Shown here: one piece after another, positions 31,588 through 42,108 of the stretch
How the letters are laid out: each line of letters starts with the position of its first letter
Numbering within the stretch: position 1 is the stretch's first letter
NCBI GenBank assembly: GCA_050251945.1
Contig: JBFWLW010000004.1
Location: 203,821-267,820, forward strand
Origin: Deferribacterales bacterium
Lineage (GTDB): Bacteria > Chrysiogenota > Deferribacteres > Deferribacterales > Geovibrionaceae
Direction of reading: 5' to 3'
DNA length: 64,000 nucleotides
Notes under the pieces: generated by a model
What the model was told of the DNA's origin: nothing
The model's input: only the letters and a program-made list of their open reading frames with translations
The model's database searches: none
Made by a program: the position numbers and the translations under genes

Positions 31588-32502
31588 ATGAAAAAACTAT
31601 TTGTCACAGCACTGTTTCTGCTGGCGGCGCAGGCACTGTTTGCGGCGGATTACACGCTGATGATCAAGGGAAAGACGACGGTTCAGTTCCCGCAGAACCC
31701 TAAAAAGGTCGTCGTGATGGATTACAGTTCGCTGGATACCATGCAGGAACTCGGATTGGCATCTTTCGTGGCGGCAGTGCCGAAGGGAAATCTGCCGAAA
31801 TACCTGTCAGTGTTCACCGATAAAAAATACGCGGACGTTGGCGGCGTGATGGATTTTGATATCGAAAAGATATACAGACTGGCACCCGATCTGATAATAA
31901 TCAGCAACAGACAGGCGCGGATGCAGGAGAAACTTTCAAAGATAACCCCCACCGTGAATATCAACATCGACAGCACAAGATACGTCGATTCCTTTAAAGC
32001 AAACACATTACTCCTCGGCAGAATATGGAACAGAGAGGCGCAGGCGAAACAGATAGCCGATAAATTTGACGCGGAAGCGGACAAACTGCGCGCGGACATA
32101 GCGAAGGAGCAGGGCAAAGGGCTTATCACCATGTATAACGCGGGCAAGTTCAGCGCATACGGAAGCGGTTCCAGATTCGGCATAGTACATGACGTTTTCG
32201 GCGTTAAGCAGGCTGACGGACATATCCAGATATCCACCCACGGAAAGAGCGTTAATAGTGAATACATAGCCAAACTGAACCCCGATTATCTGTTCATCAT
32301 CGACAGGGATTCTGTTGTGGGCGGCAAAACCGCTTCAAAGAAAGATATCGAGAACAGGCTGATACGCACCACGAATGCGTTTAAATCAAAAAAAATAGCA
32401 TATCTCCCCGCAGACTACTGGTACCTCGCTAACGGCGGCGCAAAGTCCATGATGCTTATGCTGAAAGACATCCGCAGCGTTGTCGGCAAGGTTTCCGCCT
32501 GA
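31588..32502 (+). CDS. Siderophore-binding periplasmic protein (CeuE/YclQ/FatB-like)
   Basis: PKKVVVMD, PDLIIISNRQ, SRFGIVHD and STHG motifs. Confidence 0.9.
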   Translation: MKKLFVTALFLLAAQALFAADYTLMIKGKTTVQFPQNPKKVVVMDYSSLDTMQELGLASFVAAVPKGNLPKYLSVFTDKKYADVGGVMDFDIEKIYRLAPDLIIISNRQARMQEKLSKITPTVNINIDSTRYVDSFKANTLLLGRIWNREAQAKQIADKFDAEADKLRADIAKEQGKGLITMYNAGKFSAYGSGSRFGIVHDVFGVKQADGHIQISTHGKSVNSEYIAKLNPDYLFIIDRDSVVGGKTASKKDIENRLIRTTNAFKSKKIAYLPADYWYLANGGAKSMMLMLKDIRSVVGKVSA

Positions 32503-32588
32503 CGTAAAGTTTCAGGAATAATCCATGTAAATTTAAGGAAAGTTCCATTCCCATGTTTAAAACAATTTGATATACTTCGCCGCAAGTT

Positions 32589-32607
32589 GATACTGATTAT
32601 CAATACC
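32589..32607. promoter_or_regulatory. Fur box upstream of the catecholate TBDR
   Basis: GATACTGATTATCAATACC, 15/19 match. Confidence 0.75.
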
Positions 32608-32627
32608 GAATCGTTTTTGGAGGAAAG

Positions 32628-34682
32628 ATGAAGCCTAGGAATTTATTCAGACGCGGAAGTTTTATACTCTCCGTGTCTATGGCGCTCGGTTCGCTTACGG
32701 CGGCACATGCCGAGGAAACCGTTGAGATCAAGCCCGTCGTCGTTACGGCGACAGGATACGAACAGTATATCGCGGATGCTCCGGCAAGCATCAGCGTGAT
32801 AACGAAAGAGGACATCGCAAAGGAACCCGCTGCGAGCGTCACGGACCTGCTTAAAAAAGTTGAGGGCGTGAGCATCACAGGTTCTTCGCCAAATGATACC
32901 GATATCGTTATCAGAGGTATGCCGGGCGAGTATACGCTGATTCTGGTGGACGGTAAACGCCAGAACACCAGAGAGACAATGAACAGAGGCACAGGCGGAG
33001 TTCAGGCGAATATGATACCGCCTCTGGAGGCAATTGAGCGCATTGAGATTGTAAGAGGTCCCATGTCTGCCGTGTATGGTTCCGAAGCAATGGGCGGTGT
33101 TATCAACATAATAACCAAAAAGGTTCCCGACGAATGGCACGGCTCGCTCACTCTTGGAACAATACAGCCCAAGGATGGCGATATCGGAACTACGTTCAAC
33201 AGACAGTTCTGGATAGGCGGTCCCATCGTTAAAGACAAGGTCGGTTTCCAGCTTTACGGTCAGATGAACGACCGCAATGAGGATGATGTTTATTATCCCG
33301 GCTCTTCCACAAGCGGAAGCAACGGAAAAGAGGATGAGAACATCACTGCAAAATTCACCGTCACGCCCGACAAAAATAACGAGATAAACGTTGAGGGCGG
33401 ATACGATACGCTCACATACACCAGAACAGGCGGAAAATCCCTCGCCGACACAGCTTCCGACACCAAAACGGAACACACCAGAAAACACTGGTCTGTCAGC
33501 CACGATGGAAAATACGGCAGCGCTTCAACAAGCATCGCTCTTTTTCAGGAGATAGCTGATAAGGAGGACTGGACAAACGGCGTTAAAAGCTCAACGAAAC
33601 CGGAGCTGACAAATACGACACTTGATGCCGGACTCTCTTATATGTTCTCAAAACATTCTCTGCGCACAGGCGGTCAGATAGCGAAAGCGGAGATAGAAGG
33701 CATCGGAAGTCAGGATTCCATTTCTGGATATCCGGCGAATACTGACGATGTTTCCGTGGATTCTTACGCACTTTATCTGGAAGACGAATATTTCCTGACT
33801 GATAAATTTGCCATAACAGCCGGAGTCCGTATGGACGACGACGAGAGATACGGTTCAAACTGGACGCCCAGACTTTACGGCGTATATAAGCTGACCGACA
33901 GATGGACTCTCAGAGGCGGCGTTGCGATGGGCTTCAAGGCTCCTACGATACGTCAGACCACCGAAGGTTATTGCATGACCACAGGCGGAGGAGCACAGGT
34001 AGCGGGAACGCTTTGCGGTAACCCCGACCTTGACCCTGAAACAAGCACAACCGAAGAGATGGGTATCAGATATGATGCCCCGGGCGGAATGACTTTCGGG
34101 TTCACTGTTTATAACAACGACATAAAAGACAAAGTATCAAGTTATGCCACGGATGCTGTGGATTCGCTGAACAGATATATCTATGAATACGAAAACATAG
34201 ACGACGTGAATCTGAGAGGCGTTGAGGTTTCTTTCGATATGCCTTTCACAAAAACGCTGGATTTCAAAGCCAACTATACCTACACCGACTCAGAACGTAG
34301 CGGCGGCGAACCCGCATACGACGGAAGCTCCCTTGACGGAAAACCTCTGGACAAAACGCCGGAACACATGTTCAACGCACAGCTTGACTGGCAGGCGGCT
34401 AAACCCCTTCTGCTTTACACAAGGGCAAATGTTGTGAGCAAACAATACTGGTCGGCATTCAGAAACGGCGCTATGCGCTCGAGAGTGCGCCCCGGAACGG
34501 AAACTTTTGACATCGGCGGTGTTTACGACGTGAACAAAGCGCTCTCGTTCAAACTTGCGGTGCTTAACATCTTTGATAAAAAGGTTTCAGTCGATAACCG
34601 TTCGCGCACAGGCGGACTGGACGGCAACTGGATGGTTGACGAAGGTCTGACGGTTGCAGCGGATATGACGCTCAGATTCTGA
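32628..34682 (+). CDS. TonB-dependent receptor, CirA/IrgA/CfrA-like
   Basis: VVVTATGYEQ, APASISVI, IRGMPGEYTLILVDGKRQ and RGPMSAVYGSEAMGGVINIITK motifs; ends LRF. Confidence 0.92.
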   Translation: MKPRNLFRRGSFILSVSMALGSLTAAHAEETVEIKPVVVTATGYEQYIADAPASISVITKEDIAKEPAASVTDLLKKVEGVSITGSSPNDTDIVIRGMPGEYTLILVDGKRQNTRETMNRGTGGVQANMIPPLEAIERIEIVRGPMSAVYGSEAMGGVINIITKKVPDEWHGSLTLGTIQPKDGDIGTTFNRQFWIGGPIVKDKVGFQLYGQMNDRNEDDVYYPGSSTSGSNGKEDENITAKFTVTPDKNNEINVEGGYDTLTYTRTGGKSLADTASDTKTEHTRKHWSVSHDGKYGSASTSIALFQEIADKEDWTNGVKSSTKPELTNTTLDAGLSYMFSKHSLRTGGQIAKAEIEGIGSQDSISGYPANTDDVSVDSYALYLEDEYFLTDKFAITAGVRMDDDERYGSNWTPRLYGVYKLTDRWTLRGGVAMGFKAPTIRQTTEGYCMTTGGGAQVAGTLCGNPDLDPETSTTEEMGIRYDAPGGMTFGFTVYNNDIKDKVSSYATDAVDSLNRYIYEYENIDDVNLRGVEVSFDMPFTKTLDFKANYTYTDSERSGGEPAYDGSSLDGKPLDKTPEHMFNAQLDWQAAKPLLLYTRANVVSKQYWSAFRNGAMRSRVRPGTETFDIGGVYDVNKALSFKLAVLNIFDKKVSVDNRSRTGGLDGNWMVDEGLTVAADMTLRF

Positions 34683-34691
34683 TGATATAAT

Positions 34692-34770
34692 GAGATCGCC
34701 GCGTCGCTGCGCTCCTCGCGAAGACATATACGTCTCTGCGAGGAAGAAGTCATGCTGACGCGGCAATCTC
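34692..34770. repeat. REP-like doublet, copy 3
   Basis: GAGATCGCCGCGTCGCTGCGCTCCTCGCGAAGAC...GTCTCTGCGAGG...GACGCGGCAATCTC; the two ends pair into a long stem. Confidence 0.9.
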
Positions 34771-34789
34771 ATATTTATTTGGAGTACCT

Positions 34790-35689
34790 ATGAAATATGC
34801 TGTTTTTCTTTGTGTTCTTATGACCGTTTGCAGTGCGTGGGCGGAACCTGTGTTTGAAAAAGCGAAATACACCGACGGGCGTCAGTCACCGTTTTATACT
34901 TTCTATTACGACAAAGCTGTGTCCGCAGACGGCGAAAGAACATACAGAATAATAACCGGAGTGCCGAAAACTCCTGCTCCCGAAAAGGGCTACAGAGCCG
35001 TTTATGCCGTTGACGGCAATGCCGTTATACACCATATAAAGGACGCACAGCTTGAAAAACTGGCAAAAAACGACCCGCCTGTGATAGTGGCGATAGGTTA
35101 CGACGCCGATGTGCTTTTCCACATGCCTTCAAGAACTTACGACTTCACACCGTCCGCGGACGGCAAACCGGTGAAAGACGGACTTGACCCGTCGCGTATT
35201 GGAGGCGGAGCCGTACAATTCATAGATTTCATAGAAAAAACGGTTTTCCCCCTGTCGGAGACAAGGGCGCACATAGACAGGGACAGAAGGACGCTTTTCG
35301 GTCATTCATACGGAGGACTGTTCGTTCTTTCTGCCCTGTCGGAGCGTCCCCGGCTTTTCAGCCGCTACGTCAGCGCCGATCCATCGCTCTGGTGGCAGGA
35401 GGGCGCGTTTTTTAAAAAGATAATGCAGGCAAAGGACGTGTCGGGCATCAGTCTTATCATGATGAAAGGTGCCTCCGCCGAAGGGTATTTGCCGACGAAA
35501 GGCGACAGCGAAAGGGTGAGACTTAGAAAAAAACTGTATACCCATGCGCCGAAAGATGCCGCCCTTGAGGTGGTAAGAAAACTTTCCGCAGAAGGCATGA
35601 AAACGCAGTACAGGGAATACGGATATCTTTCCCACGGTCCGCTGTTTCCAGTTTCGCTGGATGCGGCGCTGTCATCCGAAAAGGAGTAG
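34790..35689 (+). CDS. IroE-like alpha/beta hydrolase (siderophore esterase)
   Basis: Signal peptide, YAVDGNA, RTYDFTP, GHSYGG nucleophile elbow and SHG. Confidence 0.85.
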   Translation: MKYAVFLCVLMTVCSAWAEPVFEKAKYTDGRQSPFYTFYYDKAVSADGERTYRIITGVPKTPAPEKGYRAVYAVDGNAVIHHIKDAQLEKLAKNDPPVIVAIGYDADVLFHMPSRTYDFTPSADGKPVKDGLDPSRIGGGAVQFIDFIEKTVFPLSETRAHIDRDRRTLFGHSYGGLFVLSALSERPRLFSRYVSADPSLWWQEGAFFKKIMQAKDVSGISLIMMKGASAEGYLPTKGDSERVRLRKKLYTHAPKDAALEVVRKLSAEGMKTQYREYGYLSHGPLFPVSLDAALSSEKE

Positions 35690-35692
35690 GTC

Positions 35693-36544
35693 ATGGAAGT
35701 TTCATACAGCGATCTGGTAAACTATTTTTCAAATGTTTCATATAAAGTTATGGGTGTGCATCACCACACTAAAGGGGCGGGCTGTTCGCACAGTCAGATG
35801 TCGGCACCGTTCCCTGTATTCGTGTTTCCGCTTTCAGGTAAAGCAAAATTCACCTTTAACGGCACGCCTTATATCATTTCTCCCGGAACCGTCGTTCACG
35901 GCGGCGCTGATATGAGCCTCGATAAGGTTGTTCTGGGAAAGACAAGATGGGAATACATCATCGTTTTTTATGAAGCTGTCACGCAGGAACCTGACAACAT
36001 GTGCATGGCTGATCTGCATTTTGAGCTTTCGGCGGGCAGCAGTCCCCGACTGACGGAATTGCTCTGGCGGCTCTGGCGGGCTTATACACACCCTGATACG
36101 CTGTCGCTTTTCCGCACGGAGATGCTTTTCCGCTGTGTTCTGGAAGAACTGCTGGTTTGCGCCGGAGGGAGGCATAGCGGAAACGCTAAGGAGCTTTTCG
36201 ATCAGGTCTCGCTTTACATTCAGGAACATTACACAGACCCGCTCTCTGTGAGGGAGCTTGCGGAGCAGTACGGTGTGACCGAAAACAGGCTTTTTTATAT
36301 ATTCAACAAATATGCGGGGATAGGTCCGGGGGACTATCTGACCACTTATCGGCTGAACAGGGCGCGCGATCTGCTTATCACCGGAGACGCCAACGTCAGC
36401 GAGGTCGCGAAGAGTGCCGGATATCCCGACCCGCTGTATTTCAGCCGGATGTTCAGAAAACGCTTCGGCTCATCGCCAAGCGCCATCCGCGAAAGATACA
36501 GACAGGATCAGTTCAGCCAGCCGCTTTGCCGCACAACCGGATGA
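35693..36544 (+). CDS. AraC-family transcriptional regulator
   Basis: C-terminal double HTH ...VAKSAGYPDPLYFSRMFRKRFGSSP. Confidence 0.92.
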   Translation: MEVSYSDLVNYFSNVSYKVMGVHHHTKGAGCSHSQMSAPFPVFVFPLSGKAKFTFNGTPYIISPGTVVHGGADMSLDKVVLGKTRWEYIIVFYEAVTQEPDNMCMADLHFELSAGSSPRLTELLWRLWRAYTHPDTLSLFRTEMLFRCVLEELLVCAGGRHSGNAKELFDQVSLYIQEHYTDPLSVRELAEQYGVTENRLFYIFNKYAGIGPGDYLTTYRLNRARDLLITGDANVSEVAKSAGYPDPLYFSRMFRKRFGSSPSAIRERYRQDQFSQPLCRTTG

Positions 36545-36545
36545 A

Positions 36546-39500
36546 TCATCCGCCGGAAGTGAGCTTTTCCATGCGGTCGATAGCGAGCAGGTGGTCAAGC
36601 TTTGCGCTCAGATTATCCGCCAACGCTTTTTTTACAGCCGCCTGCGCCTTTGCGTATGCCGCTTTGCTTATCACGCCCGCTGCGTATCTGTCGGAATTTA
36701 TTCGTAACTGCTCTTTGTAAAGTTCAAGCGCTTCGTTGGCAACGTCTTTCATCTGTGCAGTCTGCTTAATCGAGTTGAATGTCTTTATAACGTCCGTTTC
36801 AGTCTGTTCCCGCACCCTGAGAAGATTCTGGGAAGCCTGAGCCGCCTGTGAATCCCGCGAAATCCTGTTGCCCTTCTTTTTGCCCCAGTCGAGAATGTTC
36901 CAGTCGAGTTTCAGACCGACCACGGTTATGTTGTCGTTCAGATACGACACTCCGTCGGTGTATATTTCCGCCGCGAACAGAGTAACGTCGGGGATGTATT
37001 CGTAAACTGCCGCTTTCTGTCCGTGGCGCGCTTTTTCCAGTGTCTGTTTTGCAGAGATGATGTCAGTATTCGATACTGAAGCTTTTTCAACGTACTGCTG
37101 ACGTGTCAGTGTTTCCGCGCTGTCTGACGGTATTTCAGCAGGAATTATGATTGTTCCCGCCGGCTGTCCGGTCAGGGTGTTCAGGTCTGCGTTATAGTTT
37201 TCATAGCTGTTCTGCGCTGCCATAAGGTTCTGTCTGCTTTGCAGAAGCGCCGCTTTTGCCTCTATCACCGAAACTTCAAGCACACTGCCGGAGCTTACGC
37301 CGTCCTGCGCTTCCTTAACGGCGAGTTGTGCCGCTCTCTGCGCCGCCTGCGCCGCATCCTCCTGCGCCCGCGCTATCAGCAGACCGTAATAAAGGCTTTT
37401 CACTGCATAGGCAATTTCATCCTGTGCTTTTTTCATATCGGCTTCGGATATCTTTCTGTCCGCCTTCGCCGCGCCCACGTTCTCTTTTATCCTGAGAAGC
37501 TGTGTCAGCGGCTGGGCTATTATACCGTACGCCATTGCGGTTCCGCCGGATGTCTTTATGTCATAGTCCGATGAGGGCAGTGAAAACCCCGCCACGGAAC
37601 CAAGATCGCCCGCAGGAATTACCGCCAGATTGTCCTGTAATGTATCAGAGTATGAACCTGATATCTTAACCTGAGGGAAGTAGTCCGCCTTTGCACCCGT
37701 AACTTTGCCCTCCGCCTCGTCTATGCGCGCCTGCGCAATTTTTATTACGCGGCTGTTGTCCATTGCGGCGCTGAGTGCCTGTTCAATGGTCATGTTCACC
37801 GTTTCGGCATGTGCAGCTGACGCAAAAAGAAACAGTGCAAGAACTGCCGCGGCTGTGCCTTTGACGCGCCTTCCCATGACAATTACATAAAGCACTGGAA
37901 CCACCAGAAGGGTGAAAAACATTGAGAATATCAAACCCACAGCCATAACGCTTGCAAGGGGACTCCAAAGGGTCGAGCCTGAGAGTATCATGGGTATAAC
38001 GCCGACTGCCGCCGCCATAGTTGTAAGGAAGATGGGGCGCAGTCTGCGCTGTCCCGCTTCCATAGCCGCAAGCTCAATGGGGTGTCCTTCCGCTATCTTT
38101 TCTTTTATGTAATCCACCAGTATGATGGAGTTCCTGACAACTATGCCGCTGAGGCTTATCACGCCCATGAAAGCGGTGAACCCGAACGGATTGCCCGTTA
38201 TGTAAAGTCCCGCCATGGCACCCAGTATGGAGAGCGGTATGGATGACATAACGATGAGCGGTTCGCTGAAATTGCGAAACTGCACCAGCAGGACTATGAA
38301 TATCGCCAGAAGGCTTATGCCCAGCGCCTTTATCATCATGGGCATGGTCTCTTCCTGATTGGAATTTTCTCCGCCGTAGCTGACTGTGTAGCCTTCGGGC
38401 AGGTCGAGCTTTTCTATCTCAGGTCGTATCTCGTTCAGCATGGCGGATGCGTAATGTCCTTTTTTGATGAAAGCGTTGACGGTTATCGTCCGCACGCCGT
38501 TGCGCCGCACGAGACGGCTTGTCTGCCACTGGGGTTTGATGTCCGCAAAGGCTTTTACAGCTATGCCTTTTCCCGTTACGGAAGATGCGACGTATGAATC
38601 CTCAATGTCGCTGAAGTTTTTGCGTTTATCCTCCGGCAGTCTGAATATGATGGGGATGCTTCTGTCGCCTTCGTGGTATATGCTGATTGTCTGTCCGTCC
38701 AGTGCCGCATCCAATGTGCCTGATACTCCGTAATTAGTAATTCCCAGACGGTTAGCCAGCTCATTATTAACTTTCACGTCCACCATTCCTGAGTCATTGA
38801 AATAGTTTGTGTAGATGTTCCTGCTGTAAGGCACCTCACGCATGATGGTCATAACGTCGTCCGCCGCTTTCTTAAGGGTGGGGACGTCATAACCTGATAT
38901 CCGCACCTCTATTGGTGCCTCCATCTGCTGACCCTGCTGTAGTTCCTTCACAAGAACAATCGCCTCCGGTATCTCTTTGCCCAGCCGCGAACTCAGCGAA
39001 CCGACCAGTTTTTTCGTAGCCTCAACGGATTGCGTGTTTACGATTATCTGCGCATAGGCAGTGTCCGGCTGCTGTGGGTTGACGTTATAGTAAAACCTCG
39101 GTGCGCTCTGACCTATGAATGATGCGTAATGCAGGACCCCTTTGGTGTCTTTCAGAGTATTTTCTATACGGGCAACTGTGCTGTCGGTGCTGTCGGTCTT
39201 TGTCCCCTGCGGCATCCACACGTCAATGGTGAACTGGTTGCGTTCCGCAGACGGGAAAAATTCCTGCGGGATATGCATATAAAGATACAGCCCGCAGACA
39301 AACGACAGGATACCTATGCCTATGGCAAGGGTTTTGTACTTCATGAAAAACTTCATATTATGTCCGTATGCCGTCTGGAGGAAATCCAGCAGACTGAACT
39401 TTTTTTCTTTAGTTTCGCTGTGCAGTCCCTTTTTGATGAAAAAGCGGCAGATAATCGGCGTAAGCAGTGTCGCCACTATGAACGATGTGGAAAGGGCTAT

Positions 39501-40907
39501 AGTCACGGTGAGCGGGAGCGCCCTGATGAACTCGCCCACGGAACCTGTCAGAATCAGCATGGGCAGAAACGCGCAGATGATAGTCACCGTGGCTGTCAGA
39601 ACAGGTATCAGAACTTCGCCCACAGCCCGCCATCCGACCTCTTCGCCGGTTACTTTTCTGTCCAAAAGATCGACGAAGTTGTCCGCAATGACAATCGCGT
39701 CGTCGACCACGATGCCAAGCACCAGAATCAGCGATGCGATGGACACCTGATGCAGTTCTATGCCGAAAAAGTTCATCACGGCGAGGGTTGAAAGGAGCGT
39801 GACCGGAATTGCCAGCGCCGCTATCACCGCCACCCGTATGGGAAGCAGTATGATCGTGACTATTATTACCGAGGTTATCGCCAGCAGAAATTCATGGGTG
39901 AGCGATTCCATCCTGTCAGACACCACCTGCGGCTGATCGGCTATCATATCGAGCTTAATGTCCGGCGGCAGTATGTTGTTCAGCTTAGTGAAAACACCGG
40001 AAAGGCTTTCGCCAAGCTGTACAATGTTATTTCCTTTCTGCATCTCGACGGAGATTATAATGCTCGGTTTTCCGTCGTAACGCACCTTGAAGTCGGAATC
40101 TTCATAGGTCCTTGTCACATCGGCGATATCCCGCACGTATAGCGGCTGTCCCGTTTGTGATACGTTTATCAGGGTATTCCGTATGGCGTCCAGAGAAGTG
40201 TATTCGCCCGTTGTTTTGACTGGTACGGACGTTGTATCCGTGTCCAGAGTTCCTGCGCCGCCCGTAACGTTTTGCGCCTGAACGGTCTGTATCATGCCGG
40301 AGGGTGTAACGGAGAACTGAGCCATCCTTTTCAGATCGCCCGTGATCTGTATCTGTTCCTCTTTATCGCCGTAAAGCGCCAGTTTACCAACCTCACGCAC
40401 AGTACGCATCTCATCCTCTATCCTTTCGGCATAGTCTTTAAGCTGTGCATAGGTGTAGTTTTCTCCGTGTACCGCAAGAAGCATTGCCACTGTGTCGCCG
40501 AAGTCGGAGACCACCATAACGCCGCGAACGCCTTTTGGAAGTTCGGTGTGCAACGCTTCGTTCATTTCGTGGCGCAGTTTTGCCCAGAACAGGTCGGCAT
40601 CTTTAACGTTGTCTTCAAGCTCGACGTTTATTATCGCGATGCCCGGTCTGCTGGTGGAATAGGTCTTGCTCTTATAGACTTCCTGATATTTGAAAATATG
40701 TTTTTCAAGCACCTTTGTGACCTGTTTTTCCACCTCTTCGGTAGTTGCGCCCGGATAGGACGCCATAACAAGTCCGGTGCGGATGGTTATTGAAGGGTCT
40801 TCCGTCTTCGGCATGGTGAAGAAGGCATGAAGACCTATGGTGAGCATAAGAAGCGCCATAAAAATTGCGACTGCGGGATATTTAAGCGAAGCTTTAACAA
40901 GGTTCAT
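36546..40907 (-). CDS. RND (AcrB-family) permease fused to a TolC-like outer-membrane factor
   Basis: VDDAIV and RRLRPIFLTT RND motifs in the first ~1010 aa; then an internal signal-like segment and OEP repeats (AKADYFPQV..., YEYIPDV, LDWNILDWG); no stop codon between the two parts. Confidence 0.88.
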   Translation of the reverse strand: MNLVKASLKYPAVAIFMALLMLTIGLHAFFTMPKTEDPSITIRTGLVMASYPGATTEEVEKQVTKVLEKHIFKYQEVYKSKTYSTSRPGIAIINVELEDNVKDADLFWAKLRHEMNEALHTELPKGVRGVMVVSDFGDTVAMLLAVHGENYTYAQLKDYAERIEDEMRTVREVGKLALYGDKEEQIQITGDLKRMAQFSVTPSGMIQTVQAQNVTGGAGTLDTDTTSVPVKTTGEYTSLDAIRNTLINVSQTGQPLYVRDIADVTRTYEDSDFKVRYDGKPSIIISVEMQKGNNIVQLGESLSGVFTKLNNILPPDIKLDMIADQPQVVSDRMESLTHEFLLAITSVIIVTIILLPIRVAVIAALAIPVTLLSTLAVMNFFGIELHQVSIASLILVLGIVVDDAIVIADNFVDLLDRKVTGEEVGWRAVGEVLIPVLTATVTIICAFLPMLILTGSVGEFIRALPLTVTIALSTSFIVATLLTPIICRFFIKKGLHSETKEKKFSLLDFLQTAYGHNMKFFMKYKTLAIGIGILSFVCGLYLYMHIPQEFFPSAERNQFTIDVWMPQGTKTDSTDSTVARIENTLKDTKGVLHYASFIGQSAPRFYYNVNPQQPDTAYAQIIVNTQSVEATKKLVGSLSSRLGKEIPEAIVLVKELQQGQQMEAPIEVRISGYDVPTLKKAADDVMTIMREVPYSRNIYTNYFNDSGMVDVKVNNELANRLGITNYGVSGTLDAALDGQTISIYHEGDRSIPIIFRLPEDKRKNFSDIEDSYVASSVTGKGIAVKAFADIKPQWQTSRLVRRNGVRTITVNAFIKKGHYASAMLNEIRPEIEKLDLPEGYTVSYGGENSNQEETMPMMIKALGISLLAIFIVLLVQFRNFSEPLIVMSSIPLSILGAMAGLYITGNPFGFTAFMGVISLSGIVVRNSIILVDYIKEKIAEGHPIELAAMEAGQRRLRPIFLTTMAAAVGVIPMILSGSTLWSPLASVMAVGLIFSMFFTLLVVPVLYVIVMGRRVKGTAAAVLALFLFASAAHAETVNMTIEQALSAAMDNSRVIKIAQARIDEAEGKVTGAKADYFPQVKISGSYSDTLQDNLAVIPAGDLGSVAGFSLPSSDYDIKTSGGTAMAYGIIAQPLTQLLRIKENVGAAKADRKISEADMKKAQDEIAYAVKSLYYGLLIARAQEDAAQAAQRAAQLAVKEAQDGVSSGSVLEVSVIEAKAALLQSRQNLMAAQNSYENYNADLNTLTGQPAGTIIIPAEIPSDSAETLTRQQYVEKASVSNTDIISAKQTLEKARHGQKAAVYEYIPDVTLFAAEIYTDGVSYLNDNITVVGLKLDWNILDWGKKKGNRISRDSQAAQASQNLLRVREQTETDVIKTFNSIKQTAQMKDVANEALELYKEQLRINSDRYAAGVISKAAYAKAQAAVKKALADNLSAKLDHLLAIDRMEKLTSGG

Positions 40908-40917
40908 GACAAAACCC

Positions 40918-42108
40918 CTATTTGACAGGGCTGACATCCAGCCCGTCGGAAAGTTTGTTCTGTCCTGCGGTGACTATCATTTCGCCGCCTTTCAGTCCCG
41001 ACTTTATAACAGTCTCCTGTCCGTATACCGAACCTGTTTCAACCCGTTTGGAGTATGCCTTCTTTTTGTCGGGGAAATAGACGTATACTATTGTCGCTCC
41101 CTGCGGGTCGCGCAGAACTGATTCGACAGGAACCGTCATAACCTTTATGGGCTGTTTCGTATCTATTGACATCTCCGCAACCATTCCCAGACGGATCGTA
41201 TGGTCGGGGTTCGATACGGTTATCCTTGTCATGTATGTTCTGGTGGCGGGGTCAGCCGAAACGTTTATCACTCGTACTGTGCCGGAATATTTTCTGTCTG
41301 GCAGGGCGGGAACGGATACGTCAGCCGTTTGTCCTGTGGCGGCAAAACGGATATCTGTTTCAGCTATGCCTGCGTTAACCTCCACAGGGTCAAGGGGAGA
41401 TATTTCAAATACGGGATAGCCCGCCTGTACGGTTTCGCCCGCTTCGCAGAGGCGCTTTGTCACAAATCCGCTGACAGGAGCTTTTAAAACCGTGTCGTTC
41501 AACGCTTTTTCTGCCAGTTTGACGTATGCCTGAGCCTGTTCGTATCCTGCCTTTGCCTGTGCCTTGTCTTCGGGCTGCGCACCTGTCTGTGCCATCCCGT
41601 ACTGCTGTTTTGCGGATTCGTATGCCGCTTTAAACTTTTCAAAATCGTTCGGGGCGAGGCTTTTGTTGTCGTAAAGCATCTTCATCCGTCCGTACTCGTC
41701 CGCTGCTCTGTCGTAAGCTATTTTTGCCTGTGCAAGCTGTTCGGAACGGGCGGGGGATTTCGCCTTCATATACGCGGCGTTCGCCATTCCGGCTGCCGCT
41801 TCCGCCTTGTCCAGATTGCTTTTGTAGTCCGTGCTGTCAAGCTCCGCAAGCACCTGACCCGCCTGAACGTAGTCGCCCTCTCTGGGAATGGCCTTAACAA
41901 CCCGTCCGCTGACAAGGAACGAAACCTTTGACGGGTTGTCCTGCGCTGTGACGACACCTGACGCTGTTATTTTATATGTATCATCAATATGTTTTACCTG
42001 TGACACCTTAACGGATATCGGTTCGCGTTTCAGCTGTTCTTCTTTTCCTTTGCAGCCGACCAGTGAAATAATGAAAATTGCGATTAAAAAATATCTGATG
42101 ACTTTCAT
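40918..42108 (-). CDS. Periplasmic adaptor (membrane fusion protein), lipoprotein
   Basis: Lipobox LVGC, VSGRVVK...EGDYVQAGQVLA, LKAPVSG and ADPATRTY motifs. Confidence 0.92.
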   Translation of the reverse strand: MKVIRYFLIAIFIISLVGCKGKEEQLKREPISVKVSQVKHIDDTYKITASGVVTAQDNPSKVSFLVSGRVVKAIPREGDYVQAGQVLAELDSTDYKSNLDKAEAAAGMANAAYMKAKSPARSEQLAQAKIAYDRAADEYGRMKMLYDNKSLAPNDFEKFKAAYESAKQQYGMAQTGAQPEDKAQAKAGYEQAQAYVKLAEKALNDTVLKAPVSGFVTKRLCEAGETVQAGYPVFEISPLDPVEVNAGIAETDIRFAATGQTADVSVPALPDRKYSGTVRVINVSADPATRTYMTRITVSNPDHTIRLGMVAEMSIDTKQPIKVMTVPVESVLRDPQGATIVYVYFPDKKKAYSKRVETGSVYGQETVIKSGLKGGEMIVTAGQNKLSDGLDVSPVK

